DNA of 64,000 nucleotides. Origin: a virus. Its lineage: Duplodnaviria; Heunggongvirae; Uroviricota; Caudoviricetes. The stretch covers positions 866-64,865 of IMG/VR virus record IMGVR_UViG_3300027792_000307; one strand, 5' to 3'. A program made the position numbers and the translations under genes. The notes below the pieces were generated by a model, which was given only the letters and a program-made list of their open reading frames with translations, searched no databases and was not told where the DNA came from. Shown here one piece after another: positions 10,084 to 19,669 of the stretch (position 1 is the first letter of the stretch; every line of letters begins with the position of its first letter).

Positions 10084-10277
10084 AAGAAGCATTATATTTT
10101 GGGAATTTTTGGTTTGAAAATGCCTATTCTAACAGAGGAACATGTAGGATATGCAACGAAAAAATTAAAAAGGACGAAGGATTATTAGTTGCTTGGTTTA
10201 ACAATAGAAGATGTGCAATTCATTCAAGACATTTTAACGAGGAAATTAGGAATGAAATTTTAATACATATGTTGTGA
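10080..10277 (+). CDS. small Cys/His-containing protein, array member (tail ILIHML)
   Basis: ATGA-overlap start; CRIC..(n)..C..H. Confidence 0.5.
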   Translation: MKEALYFGNFWFENAYSNRGTCRICNEKIKKDEGLLVAWFNNRRCAIHSRHFNEEIRNEILIHML

Positions 10278-10425
10278 GGTAATATGCACACACTAATTAC
10301 TAAATTCGATGCAGGATATAGATTTTACAGGGATACAAGATATGGTAATTTTCATTTGATTTGTTACCTATATAAGTATCTATCAGTTATATCTCTTTGG
10401 ATATGGGTTAAATCTGGGGGGAATT

Positions 10426-10695
10426 ATGAAACGAGTTAGTAAATACAAATTAGAGAATGGAAAAATCTATAAAATATGGAATAAAAGGTTGGGCGAATTA
10501 ATAATTTTCAAGATACTTTCTGAAAGTATAAGAGAATTATATGATGGGTGTATTGATGTTAATAAGACACATATTTATATAAGAAAACAAGATAATAAAA
10601 TTTACACGCAAAATGAGGAAATGGATTTAAAGATATTTAAAGATGACACTTTATATGAATTGTCCGAGTTGCAATTATTTGGGGAACTTTTATAG
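10426..10695 (+). CDS. small protein, array member (tail LFGELL)
   Basis: gggggaattATG SD; junction-type C-terminus. Confidence 0.5.
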   Translation: MKRVSKYKLENGKIYKIWNKRLGELIIFKILSESIRELYDGCIDVNKTHIYIRKQDNKIYTQNEEMDLKIFKDDTLYELSELQLFGELL

Positions 10696-10701
10696 GAGAA
10701 A

Positions 10702-11088
10702 TTGGAAATGAACGATATATACATAACAACGAAGGGCGTTAAGAAGCGATTAAAACAGGAAAAAGTTGGGTTTATTTCAAGAACACAAACCTTGTTTTTA
10801 ACGTGGTTATTAGAACCAATAACAGGGGGTTGGCATTTACACTATAAGGGCAACAAATACAATAATTTTTCCTTAATATTCCTCAACTTACGAAATTTAA
10901 ATAGAAAACATAAAATATCTCACTATAATGGAGATAGAGTTACTAATACTATAAACCACGAAATGCTACACCACGTTCTAACAAAATATATAGATAGCAA
11001 TACATCAAGTAAATTAGATAAATTAGTATATAAAGCAATTAAGGATATGAAATTTAGGGAATGGGCATCGGAATATGGATTAATATGA
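10702..11088 (+). CDS. hypothetical 128-aa protein containing an HExxH motif (INHEMLHHV)
   Basis: aggagaaattggaaATG; HEMLH read directly. Metalloprotease assignment speculative. Confidence 0.5.
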   Translation: MEMNDIYITTKGVKKRLKQEKVGFISRTQTLFLTWLLEPITGGWHLHYKGNKYNNFSLIFLNLRNLNRKHKISHYNGDRVTNTINHEMLHHVLTKYIDSNTSSKLDKLVYKAIKDMKFREWASEYGLI

Positions 11089-11345
11089 TAAAACAGATTG
11101 AATTAAAAGAAGGATATTTTTATTACGCAGAGCATAATAAAGATTCTAAGTGGCAGGATTGGAGATTCATAGGGAAAATTACTGGAAAGAAAGTTAAGAA
11201 AGCAAAAACATTTTGGTTTCCTTATTTAATTGTAAGGGGAAAATATGAACACGAAACTGGAGAATTCTCCCACGATTCTGCTCATTTCGAATCAATTAAA
11301 GGAGTTTCAAAAACAATAACTGGATTGAGAGTTTATATGCTTTAG
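11085..11345 (+). CDS. small protein, array member
   Basis: ATGA overlap with upstream stop (ggattaatATGAtaaaac). Confidence 0.5.
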   Translation: MIKQIELKEGYFYYAEHNKDSKWQDWRFIGKITGKKVKKAKTFWFPYLIVRGKYEHETGEFSHDSAHFESIKGVSKTITGLRVYML

Positions 11346-11358
11346 AGGAAATATAAAA

Positions 11359-11520
11359 ATGGAAATAGATATATGGGCGTTATTCATAACATTATTTACG
11401 GTTGCTTTATTGCAGGAATTAATCATAAAACCATTGGTAGAATTTCTAAAGGAATACCTGAAAAAATACTACAAGAAATCTAAACGGCACATTAAGAAAT
11501 TAATTAAGGAGGAATTATGA
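11359..11520 (+). CDS. small hydrophobic membrane protein (53 aa)
   Basis: Hydrophobic N-terminal helix; ends ggaggaattATGA overlapping next start. Confidence 0.4.
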   Translation: MEIDIWALFITLFTVALLQELIIKPLVEFLKEYLKKYYKKSKRHIKKLIKEEL

Positions 11521-11765
11521 GGAAAGTAAAACCACAGGATATAAAGGTTGGACAAATATATTTACAGATTATTGGTTTCACTAAATTGTATAAAAAAAGA
11601 ATTAGTAAAGGAAATGAAGATGAAATATGGGGTAATTATATTAAAACAGATAGACCAAATTGTTATCCAAAAGGAGAACATGGATTTGTAAGGTATGATA
11701 GTGGTGCAGAATTTTATCTATTAAATGAAAAGGAAATTGGGGAATTATTTTTTGAGGAAATATAA
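11517..11765 (+). CDS. small protein, array member (paralog A of a recent tandem duplicate; MRKVKPQDIKVGQIYLQ..)
   Basis: First 18 aa almost identical to next gene; tail LFFEEI. Confidence 0.65.
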   Translation: MRKVKPQDIKVGQIYLQIIGFTKLYKKRISKGNEDEIWGNYIKTDRPNCYPKGEHGFVRYDSGAEFYLLNEKEIGELFFEEI

Positions 11766-12016
11766 TGAGGAAAGTAAAACCACAGGATATAAAGGTTGGG
11801 CAAATATATCTACAGGTTATGGGAGAAACTAAACTATATAAGAAACGAATTAATAAAGGAAAAAAAGATGAAATATGGGGATATTATATTACATCAAACA
11901 AAAACTATTTTTTTCCTAAAGGAGAAGATGGTTTCGTACCCTATAATAGTACCGATGCTAAATTTTATCTATTAAATGAAAAGGAAATCGGAGAATTGTT
12001 TTTGGAGGAATTATAA
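11765..12016 (+). CDS. small protein, array member (paralog B of tandem duplicate)
   Basis: MRKVKPQDIKVGQIYLQ.. and ..FYLLNEKEIGELF.. shared with 11517..11765; tail LFLEEL. Confidence 0.65.
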   Translation: MRKVKPQDIKVGQIYLQVMGETKLYKKRINKGKKDEIWGYYITSNKNYFFPKGEDGFVPYNSTDAKFYLLNEKEIGELFLEEL

Positions 12017-12234
12017 TGTATCGAAAAGATATGGATAAATACAAAGAAAAACTTACAATGATATTAGAAAAAGGAATACAGAAGGAAGGTTTTTCTCACC
12101 AAGAATTACAAGACCTTGAAAATGAATTTGAAAAGATAATCCAAGAGATATATGAGCACGGTTACGAAGATGGCACTAATGAAAGGGAACACGAACAGGA
12201 AAAAGAACCTGTGCCTTGGGAGGATTTAGATTAA
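12016..12234 (+). CDS. acidic hypothetical protein
   Basis: 72-aa ORF starting in ggaggaattATAATG context. Confidence 0.5.
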   Translation: MYRKDMDKYKEKLTMILEKGIQKEGFSHQELQDLENEFEKIIQEIYEHGYEDGTNEREHEQEKEPVPWEDLD

Positions 12235-12235
12235 A

Positions 12236-12526
12236 ATGGGAAAGAAATTTATTCTTGGAGAAAATGAAGATAGAGATAAAAAATTAACTGGAAAGATTAT
12301 ATGGTTTAAGGGAAGAAAAATTGATAGTAAAACTATCTTTAGAACGGGAATAGCAAAAGTTAAGGGAGTAGAAACAGGAATGGATGGTCTTCGTATATAT
12401 ATTGATATGATAACTGAATTATCAAAAGAGCATACAAATGATTTTAGTTCATTTGAATGGGAAATACATAAAGGAGATGAAGTAGAAATATTAACTAAAA
12501 AAGAGGCATTTCTCTATCAATTATAG
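12236..12526 (+). CDS. small protein, array member (tail AFLYQL)
   Basis: 96-aa ORF; junction-type C-terminus (gaggcatttctctatcaattatag). Confidence 0.5.
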   Translation: MGKKFILGENEDRDKKLTGKIIWFKGRKIDSKTIFRTGIAKVKGVETGMDGLRIYIDMITELSKEHTNDFSSFEWEIHKGDEVEILTKKEAFLYQL

Positions 12527-12535
12527 GAGATTAAT

Positions 12536-12802
12536 ATGTTGCCAAAATCAAAATTCAAGGAAGGATATTATTATTACGTAGATTTTGTATCAGCCCATTT
12601 TTTAGAAAAAGTTTGCTTTATTGCTCAAATAGAAAAAATAGACGGAGAATTTATTCACTATAAAATTATAAACTCTTATGAATCTGGTAAAAGAGTTTGG
12701 AAAGAAAATGAATGTGGAGTTATGGAAGTTGGCTCAATGCATTATAAAGGAATTAAGGCAGTAGAAAAAGAAAAGAAGGATTTATTCTTATATATTTTAT
12801 GA
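12536..12802 (+). CDS. small protein, array member (tail LFLYIL)
   Basis: aggagattaatATG SD. Confidence 0.5.
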   Translation: MLPKSKFKEGYYYYVDFVSAHFLEKVCFIAQIEKIDGEFIHYKIINSYESGKRVWKENECGVMEVGSMHYKGIKAVEKEKKDLFLYIL

Positions 12803-12841
12803 GGCGATTTGATTTTTCAGATAAGGTTAGGAGATATATAT

Positions 12842-13078
12842 ATGAAGAAAAAATGTAATTGCGACAAGGTACATATAACCCAGAAACAGATAAAGGAAAT
12901 GCAGGAAAGGGTTGAAAGAATTGAAGAATTGATGAAAAAGGTTACAAAAACCCTTGAAAAGGAAGGTTGGGTACAAAATGAATACTGGGAATTAGATGGC
13001 AACGAAGATAATGTAATATGTGCCTCGTTTATTAATATAGATTTAGACCAATTATCTGTATTTTTTAACAGGGATTAA
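12842..13078 (+). CDS. hypothetical protein (CNCDK.. N-terminus)
   Basis: aggttaggagatatatATG SD; start chosen at internal ATG of track ORF 12809..13078. Confidence 0.5.
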   Translation: MKKKCNCDKVHITQKQIKEMQERVERIEELMKKVTKTLEKEGWVQNEYWELDGNEDNVICASFINIDLDQLSVFFNRD

Positions 13079-13080
13079 AT

Positions 13081-13302
13081 ATGATTAAAATTGGAGATTG
13101 GTATAGATGTCCTACACATTCGTTAATCGAGCAAGAATTTATGAGTAAATATTATTCTCCATTTAAAATCATAGATATAGAGGAAAGTATGTGCACTTGT
13201 AAAGGTCATAATTCGGGTTTTACTTGGCGTTGGAGTAAAAACTATATCAAAGCGTGTTGCAAAAAAATGACAAAAGGACAGGTATTTGAAGGAATGTTGT
13301 AA
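13081..13302 (+). CDS. small Cys-rich protein, array member (tail VFEGML)
   Basis: KIGDWYRC N-terminus; several Cys. Confidence 0.5.
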   Translation: MIKIGDWYRCPTHSLIEQEFMSKYYSPFKIIDIEESMCTCKGHNSGFTWRWSKNYIKACCKKMTKGQVFEGML

Positions 13303-13554
13303 ATGAAACGATTAAAGCAATCAAAAGAGATTAAAAAGGACGACTATATTAAAGCAATAAATAACCGAGGGAAATATATTGTTTTTAACTGCTTGGATAG
13401 TAGATACCCAAACACTGCTCTTATTTTAGATACCGATATAGCAGGGTTAGAAACAATGATAGGAAAGACCGAATATTTAAGTAAATTCGCACTCGAACAC
13501 GAATTTAAGTTATATAGGTTAAATAAGTTCGAAAAATGGCAATATATACTATAA
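13303..13554 (+). CDS. small protein, array member
   Basis: Immediately follows previous stop (gttgtaaATG). Confidence 0.5.
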   Translation: MKRLKQSKEIKKDDYIKAINNRGKYIVFNCLDSRYPNTALILDTDIAGLETMIGKTEYLSKFALEHEFKLYRLNKFEKWQYIL

Positions 13555-13749
13555 AGGAGAGAAAATGGCGGAAAACAAGTTATTGATACAGAACGAAGTG
13601 GTAAGGCAGGCATTTCTTATGGCAAACTATATGTATTTGTATAATAGTGCTAATGATTCGGCACTAACTATATTAATACCAGAAGAAAAGAGAACGGGAG
13701 AAGGAGAATTGGACAGGAAACCAGATTTACCAAAATCTCCTTAAAGATT

Positions 13750-14022
13750 ATGAGATATAAGATATTAAAACCAAATCATTACTACCGATTTACATATAAA
13801 GAAGGTAAGAATTTATGTAAGGCATATTACTTACATTTTTCTCACTATTCGGAACGGACTAAATTTATAAACGTATTTAAGGCATATAAAGTAAACCATA
13901 ATGGAAATATAAATAAATTTGGCACGAGAGAATTATTATTAAAACCCTACAGAAAAAATAGATATGCAAAGGAAATAACAGAAGAAGAATACGAACAGGG
14001 AGTTATGCTTGAGGTATTATGA
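13750..14022 (+). CDS. small protein, array member (tail VMLEVL)
   Basis: ATGA overlap with next gene. Confidence 0.55.
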   Translation: MRYKILKPNHYYRFTYKEGKNLCKAYYLHFSHYSERTKFINVFKAYKVNHNGNINKFGTRELLLKPYRKNRYAKEITEEEYEQGVMLEVL

Positions 14023-14267
14023 CGAACGTGAAGGTTGGTAAATACTATATGTTTACTTATAACTCCCCAAAATATGTAAAATTAATATATTGTAAAATTT
14101 TAGAAAAGACTAAAAGTTCCTTTTATATTAGAGGTTTTAGTATTGACCATGAAGATAGATTTTTTAAACATAATTATAGTTTAATTCCATTAATAAATCG
14201 AGATAGAAACATAAAAGAAATAACAGAAGAAGAATTCGAACGGGCAACCATGTTGGAGATGATATAA
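14019..14267 (+). CDS. small protein, array member (tail TMLEMI; shares EITEEE(F/Y)E internal motif with previous gene)
   Basis: ..KEITEEEYEQGVMLEVL vs ..KEITEEEFERATMLEMI: adjacent paralogs. Confidence 0.6.
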   Translation: MTNVKVGKYYMFTYNSPKYVKLIYCKILEKTKSSFYIRGFSIDHEDRFFKHNYSLIPLINRDRNIKEITEEEFERATMLEMI

Positions 14268-14463
14268 TGAAAACAAAAAAGTTGTTTGAAGATTTGGAAG
14301 TAGATATAACGCAGATGAAATACTGGCTAAAAGGCAAAGGTTGGCTTTAGAATGAAAGAGATTATAGATAAGAAACTTTGCCGATTCTGTGATTTTGGGG
14401 ATAAAAAACACGATGGAAGTTGCATTTTAAAGGGATGTAAATTTGAATCAGAGGTAAAAACCA

Positions 14464-14676
14464 ATGGAATTTGAAATTGGGGATTATGTTAGAATTAAGG
14501 TTCATTATTTAGCAAATCCAGATAATTGGAGAGGAAAAATAGTAAATAGAAAGATGAATTTCGACCAGTTTGGTTTACCATTCTATGTGTATAAAATTAT
14601 GATTAAAGATGGAAGAATTGCACATGAAATGGATTGCGATTTAGAGAAAATTGACTGGTTATTGGAGGAATTATGA
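14464..14676 (+). CDS. small protein, array member (IGDYVRIKV N-terminus; tail WLLEEL)
   Basis: ATGA overlap at 3' end (ttggaggaattATGA). Confidence 0.55.
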   Translation: MEFEIGDYVRIKVHYLANPDNWRGKIVNRKMNFDQFGLPFYVYKIMIKDGRIAHEMDCDLEKIDWLLEEL

Positions 14677-14918
14677 TAGAATTTAAAGTGGGGAGTTTCT
14701 ATAAGTTTATTCCCACAAATATAAAAAAAGGATTCTATATATGCAAAGTGTTGGAAGAAAGGAAAGACCTATATATAGTTGAGGTTATTTACGATAAAGA
14801 TGAGAGTAGTACAAGATTTGAAGTAGGAAAGATACTTAAATTTTCAAAAGATAGAGATAATATAAAACCACGAACTGAATATATCAAAGAGGAAGATGTT
14901 TTTCTGGAGGTATTATGA
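14673..14918 (+). CDS. small protein, array member (KVGSFYKF; tail VFLEVL)
   Basis: 3' end gtttttctggaggtattATGA. Confidence 0.55.
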   Translation: MIEFKVGSFYKFIPTNIKKGFYICKVLEERKDLYIVEVIYDKDESSTRFEVGKILKFSKDRDNIKPRTEYIKEEDVFLEVL

Positions 14919-15538
14919 CGCAATCTGAATACAATGAAGATTATATATGGTTTGATAGTAGTACACGGGGATATAGTTACTTTTCTTATTACTATCTCAC
15001 AAGAGTTCAAAATGGGTTAGCGAAAAAAATAAAATTTAAATACAAAGACAATGTAGATACTATAACTATATATGAAAACAACCATTCTTTTGGTAAAGTT
15101 TTAGAAAAACAACACTTTCAGGAATTCGTTGATTATTGTGTAAAGAAAGGAATAGAAATAAAGGAGATAGAAGAGGATAAAACCAGCAAGAAATTCACCG
15201 TTGAAAAACTATTGGAAAAGATGGGAATACAAAGAATGTCCTGCCAATATGGTTGTTCTCAAACAATTAAATACAATAAAGATAGAGAAATTGTAGCATA
15301 TACCCTCGGTCCATATTCGGGGTTGATTATAGTTAAAAAGTTAAATGAAAAGGAAGGATATTTTGCGAGCAGATTTTATATTACTTACTTAAAGAGAGGA
15401 GATGCAACATTTACAGGGATGGATTTAAATGAAGCGTTGGGAGAATTAAGGAGATTTAAGAAGGAAGGATTTAAGGTTGTATTAAGCAAAAAAACGGAGG
15501 AAAAATTGCAGAGTGCAATATTTATGAAGAATATATAG
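14915..15538 (+). CDS. hypothetical 207-aa protein
   Basis: ATGA-overlap start; no motif recognised. Confidence 0.6.
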   Translation: MTQSEYNEDYIWFDSSTRGYSYFSYYYLTRVQNGLAKKIKFKYKDNVDTITIYENNHSFGKVLEKQHFQEFVDYCVKKGIEIKEIEEDKTSKKFTVEKLLEKMGIQRMSCQYGCSQTIKYNKDREIVAYTLGPYSGLIIVKKLNEKEGYFASRFYITYLKRGDATFTGMDLNEALGELRRFKKEGFKVVLSKKTEEKLQSAIFMKNI

Positions 15539-15546
15539 GAGGAAAA

Positions 15547-15774
15547 ATGAAAGAAATATATATAAGGTGCGATTGTACAACGGAAGTTATGAGGATAGAA
15601 TATGATGAAGAAGAAAAACAATACTATATAAGTATATATGAATATAAAACAAGTAAGTATCCTATAAGGCAAAAATTAAAATGGATTTGGCGTATCTTTA
15701 GATTTGGAACTCCTTATGGAGACCAAATTGTAGTTTCAAAAGAAAAAATGGATAAACTAAAGGAGTTTTTATAA
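15547..15774 (+). CDS. hypothetical protein
   Basis: aggaggaaaaATG SD. Confidence 0.5.
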   Translation: MKEIYIRCDCTTEVMRIEYDEEEKQYYISIYEYKTSKYPIRQKLKWIWRIFRFGTPYGDQIVVSKEKMDKLKEFL

Positions 15775-15792
15775 TAAATTAGGAGATATAAT

Positions 15793-16017
15793 ATGGATTT
15801 AGTAGAGGTTAAAAAGAAAACCAAATGTATGTTCTGTAAGAAAACATTAAATAAGGGTGATATGGCAGATTATTCCTGTGGTAGAGGATATGCTTGTCAA
15901 TCCTGTCAGAAGAATATAGAACAAGATATAGAAAAAGAATTAGGAAAGATTCCAGATACAACCTGTCCTTTATGTAAAGGAACAGGCAAAGTTTCTGGAT
16001 TATATAATATATTTTAA
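15793..16017 (+). CDS. zinc-finger protein (multiple CxxC)
   Basis: CMFCKK..C..C..C..CPLCKGTGK. Confidence 0.5.
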   Translation: MDLVEVKKKTKCMFCKKTLNKGDMADYSCGRGYACQSCQKNIEQDIEKELGKIPDTTCPLCKGTGKVSGLYNIF

Positions 16018-16029
16018 AGGAGGTATATT

Positions 16030-17160
16030 ATGGAAGTATTTGAAGTAAACCACCAAGAACTTAAAGCATTCATTAAGAAATGCTATACAAGCAAATTGCC
16101 ACTACATATGTGGGGCACTATTGGAATTGGAAAATCTGAATCTGCCGATGAGGTTGCTAATGAATTGGCAGGGGAGTTCCAACGAAAATATGTTAAATGG
16201 AACAAACTGACGAAAGAGGAAAAGCACAAACTCGCAGAAAATCCAAAGGATTATTTCTTCTTTATGGATATTCGGTTGTCTCAATTAGACCCGAGTGATT
16301 TAAGAGGATTACCTGCACTGAATGGGCACGATACAGTAGAGTGGAAAATTCCATTCTGGTTACACGTAGCAACCCTGAAAGATGCCAAAGGAATTATCTT
16401 CTTTGATGAGATGAACCTTTCTCCACCGAGTATTCAAGCGAGTGGGTATCAGGTAATTCTTGACCGAGCATTAGGAGAGGTTACATTAGCAGACGGTGTT
16501 GGTGTAATCGCAGCAGGTAACAGGATTACAGATAAAGCAAATGTCTATGATATGGCAAAACCACTACAAAATCGGTTCAACCACGTTACCTTGAAAGTTC
16601 CAAACATCGAGGCATGGACATCTTGGGCAATTACCAAAGGAGTTGATACAAGAATAATTACATTCCTTAATGCACGACCACAACTTTTAATGGGTCGGTT
16701 GGATATGAAATCTGGAGATGTGGCATTTCCAACTCCGAGGACTTGGGGTAAATATTGTAGTGCCTTGATTAACGGAGAGACTGGGTTGGATAATCTTATG
16801 CAATTAGCCAGTGCATCTGTTGGAACAGGGGCAGCGACAGAATTTATCAGTTTCATTAAGTTGCAAAAGCAAATCAACTTACAGGAATTGCTAAAGAAAC
16901 CTGAAACGGCAACCAACATCAAGGAAACCGATATGTTATATTCGTTGGTCGGTTTAGTTTCAGAGTGGTATGATGCACATACCAAAGCCGATGACTTGGA
17001 TAAAGTTCTACAAATATCCAACAACCTACAGCCAGAGTTTGCTATCCTTATGCTTCGTATGTGTAAGGAACGACACCTGCCACAATTCAGACGAGATGTA
17101 AACAAATTGGATTCGTGGAAAATAACGTGGAAAAAGTATGGGAAATACTTTGAAATTTAA
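16030..17160 (+). CDS. MoxR-like AAA+ ATPase (AAA_5 type)
   Basis: Walker A GTIGIGKSE, Walker B IIFFDEMNL, sensor-1 AAGN read directly. Partner VWA protein lies 1.2 kb downstream, as in MoxR-VWA pairs. Confidence 0.75.
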   Translation: MEVFEVNHQELKAFIKKCYTSKLPLHMWGTIGIGKSESADEVANELAGEFQRKYVKWNKLTKEEKHKLAENPKDYFFFMDIRLSQLDPSDLRGLPALNGHDTVEWKIPFWLHVATLKDAKGIIFFDEMNLSPPSIQASGYQVILDRALGEVTLADGVGVIAAGNRITDKANVYDMAKPLQNRFNHVTLKVPNIEAWTSWAITKGVDTRIITFLNARPQLLMGRLDMKSGDVAFPTPRTWGKYCSALINGETGLDNLMQLASASVGTGAATEFISFIKLQKQINLQELLKKPETATNIKETDMLYSLVGLVSEWYDAHTKADDLDKVLQISNNLQPEFAILMLRMCKERHLPQFRRDVNKLDSWKITWKKYGKYFEI

Positions 17161-17398
17161 GATAGGAGACTATGTTCTCCTATCTAATCCCTGTGTTCCA
17201 CGATTTTTTATGACAGTTGGAAGGATTGTTAGTATAACTCCAAGAGGATTTTACGAGGTAAAATTATTAAATGGAAATCCTTACTTAAATAATATCCATT
17301 TACCAAAGGGTATTCATTGGACAAATACTAATGTTTATATGTTAGCAAAAGAAATGACTAAATTGACGGAAGAAGAATACCTAATCGAGGCATTATGA
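17138..17398 (+). CDS. small protein, array member (KIGDYVLL; tail YLIEAL)
   Basis: N-terminal KxKIGDYV motif; ATGA overlap at 3' end. Confidence 0.55.
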   Translation: MGNTLKFKIGDYVLLSNPCVPRFFMTVGRIVSITPRGFYEVKLLNGNPYLNNIHLPKGIHWTNTNVYMLAKEMTKLTEEEYLIEAL

Positions 17399-17607
17399 AA
17401 TCTAAACCAAAGTATAAAGTGGGGGATTATATACTTGTCCTCCGTTCCCAAAATCCTTATTTGATTTGTAAAATTAAAAAATTATATTCTTACATATTAG
17501 ATGAAATCGTTTATGTTGTTGAGTTTCCAAATGGAAATGAAGGATATTTAAGTGAAGAACAAATGAGAAAAATCAGCAAGGAAAGATACTTTTTAGAGGC
17601 ATTATGA
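17395..17607 (+). CDS. small protein, array member (KVGDYILV; tail YFLEAL)
   Basis: ATGA overlaps both ends. Confidence 0.6.
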   Translation: MKSKPKYKVGDYILVLRSQNPYLICKIKKLYSYILDEIVYVVEFPNGNEGYLSEEQMRKISKERYFLEAL

Positions 17608-17813
17608 AATTCAAAGTTGGCGACCACGTTAGAATAATAACAAAAGAATACGGAGATTTGTGGTATAATAAAGTTGGAACAGTAAAGGATATTTATACAA
17701 ATGAACAAGTTTCTATTGATGTAGAACATTTATCAGAAAAATATTTTGGTGCATTTTTTGAAAGAGAATTAAAAAAAATATCAAAGCAGGAATATTTCCT
17801 TGAGGTATTATAA
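17604..17813 (+). CDS. small protein, array member (KVGDHVRI; tail YFLEVL)
   Basis: Close paralog of previous two (..KISKQEYFLEVL vs ..KISKERYFLEAL). Confidence 0.6.
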   Translation: MKFKVGDHVRIITKEYGDLWYNKVGTVKDIYTNEQVSIDVEHLSEKYFGAFFERELKKISKQEYFLEVL

Positions 17814-18094
17814 TGCCGTATGTTATTAGAAATAAGGTAACTGGTTGGTTCTGGTATTCCGATAAATTTCAAAGGGCAAAAACATTTAGAAGTTTAACAG
17901 CAGCAAAATGTGCTTTAACATCTTTTATTGGAGATACCTACTACTTAAGGAATTGTAAGAAGTTAAAAGGAAAACCAGAAAGGGAACAACTCGAAAGATT
18001 TAGAATAAAAAGAGATGAATGGGAAATTATAGAGGTAGAATTAAAAATAGTAGATGAAGAAGTAGCAAAAAGAATATTTTTGGATATGTTATAA
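17813..18094 (+). CDS. hypothetical protein (tail IFLDML)
   Basis: 93-aa ORF; taATG right after previous stop. Confidence 0.5.
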   Translation: MPYVIRNKVTGWFWYSDKFQRAKTFRSLTAAKCALTSFIGDTYYLRNCKKLKGKPEREQLERFRIKRDEWEIIEVELKIVDEEVAKRIFLDML

Positions 18095-18105
18095 AGGAGA
18101 TAAAT

Positions 18106-18390
18106 ATGGTAAAACTACACTTTGAAGATGAAGATGGAAACATAGTAAATGAGGCATATTTTGATGCGTATGCTTTTGGAGATAGATTATTAGAGGGAGT
18201 AATATATAAGGCAACAATAGTAAATAATGAAATAGTTATAACCTATGCAGATAAAACCACGGCAGAATATATGGAACAATTCAATGAGAAAATGTGGTTT
18301 GAAAATGCAAAAGCATATATAGAAGATGAACCAGATTTGATGAGTAAAAATGGAAAGAAGGAGATTTATTTAGTTAAAGAAGAGGAATAG
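18106..18390 (+). CDS. acidic hypothetical protein
   Basis: aggagataaatATG SD. Confidence 0.5.
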   Translation: MVKLHFEDEDGNIVNEAYFDAYAFGDRLLEGVIYKATIVNNEIVITYADKTTAEYMEQFNEKMWFENAKAYIEDEPDLMSKNGKKEIYLVKEEE

Positions 18391-18391
18391 T

Positions 18392-19669
18392 ATGGTAGAA
18401 TTAAGTCCGTTGGATAAGTTAATTAAAGCAAGAATAGACCTATTAAGAGAAAAACCGTTCTTCGCATTTTTGGCAAACCACTTGGAGTTTGTGGAAGTTA
18501 CTGAGAAAGAATGCCCTACAATGGGGGTTGATATAAAGGGAACTATGGTATATAATCCCAACTTTGTAGCAAAACTTTCAAAGGAAGAATGTAAAGGGGT
18601 TCTTTGCCACGAGGTTATGCACTGTGCACTGGAACATATGAAACGGCACAGAGGAAAGAAATTGGATTTATGGAATGTTGCAGGTGATACAGTTATTAAT
18701 ACAATCCTTTCAGCAGATGGATTAACCTTGCCTAAAGATGGAATTATGCCTCACAACGGTGATATAACTCTATTTGGAATTAGGATAACTGAAACCGATA
18801 AGAAATGTGCCGAGGAAGTTTACGATGCTGTATATTCAAAGTTAAGGCAGAAAGATATAAAGGATTTGGAGAAATTCTTAAAGAGCCACGCTGATAGTAA
18901 AAAGGGATTTGATGTTCATATATACCCTGCACCTGGAGATGGAGAAGATGGGGACCAAAAAGGAAATGGAAAACAAGGAGAAGGATTATCTGGAGGATTA
19001 GCAGGGGAATTAAAGACAGATAAAGGAAAGAACTGGGGAAAATTAATGGTTGATGCTTGTACCTTTGCCAGAAACCAAGGTAAACTACCAGCAGGAATGG
19101 AAAGAATCCTCGGGGATTTATTGAAAACTGATTTGGATTGGAGAGGGTTACTCTATAGATATATCACAAACCAAATACCTGTGGATTATTCTTGGGCACA
19201 ACCATCAAAGAAATCCTATTCTGTTGGAACATATCTCCCGTCTGTTACAAAGGAATCCCTTGATTTAGTAATTGCCATAGATACCTCTGGGAGTATTTCC
19301 AAAACAGAGTTAGATGAATTTGCTTCGGAATTATGTGGTATTATTAATTCCTTTGCGAATGTTTCTCTTACGATTATAGATTGCGATTGCGAGATTAATT
19401 CTGTGGTTAAGAAACAACGAGCAACAGTAACCGACATTACAGATTTAAAATTAAGAGGGGGAGGAGGTACTTCACACATCCCAGTATATCGTTGGTTGGA
19501 CGAGAATCTTCCTAATGCCAAATTGGTTATCTGTTTTACGGATGGATATACATCGTTTCCGAAGTCAAGTTCAATCCCAACATTATGGGTAGTCGCAGGA
19601 AGCAGCAGAATGGAGGAAAACAAATTCCCATTCGGAGATGTGGTTTACCTTGATAGGAAAGAAAATTAG
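18392..19669 (+). CDS. putative metallopeptidase domain + von Willebrand factor A domain protein (DUF2201-like partner of MoxR ATPases)
   Basis: HExxH (CHEVMHCALEH) in the N-terminal half and a MIDAS-type motif DTSGSIS in the C-terminal half, read directly. Confidence 0.7.
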   Translation: MVELSPLDKLIKARIDLLREKPFFAFLANHLEFVEVTEKECPTMGVDIKGTMVYNPNFVAKLSKEECKGVLCHEVMHCALEHMKRHRGKKLDLWNVAGDTVINTILSADGLTLPKDGIMPHNGDITLFGIRITETDKKCAEEVYDAVYSKLRQKDIKDLEKFLKSHADSKKGFDVHIYPAPGDGEDGDQKGNGKQGEGLSGGLAGELKTDKGKNWGKLMVDACTFARNQGKLPAGMERILGDLLKTDLDWRGLLYRYITNQIPVDYSWAQPSKKSYSVGTYLPSVTKESLDLVIAIDTSGSISKTELDEFASELCGIINSFANVSLTIIDCDCEINSVVKKQRATVTDITDLKLRGGGGTSHIPVYRWLDENLPNAKLVICFTDGYTSFPKSSSIPTLWVVAGSSRMEENKFPFGDVVYLDRKEN

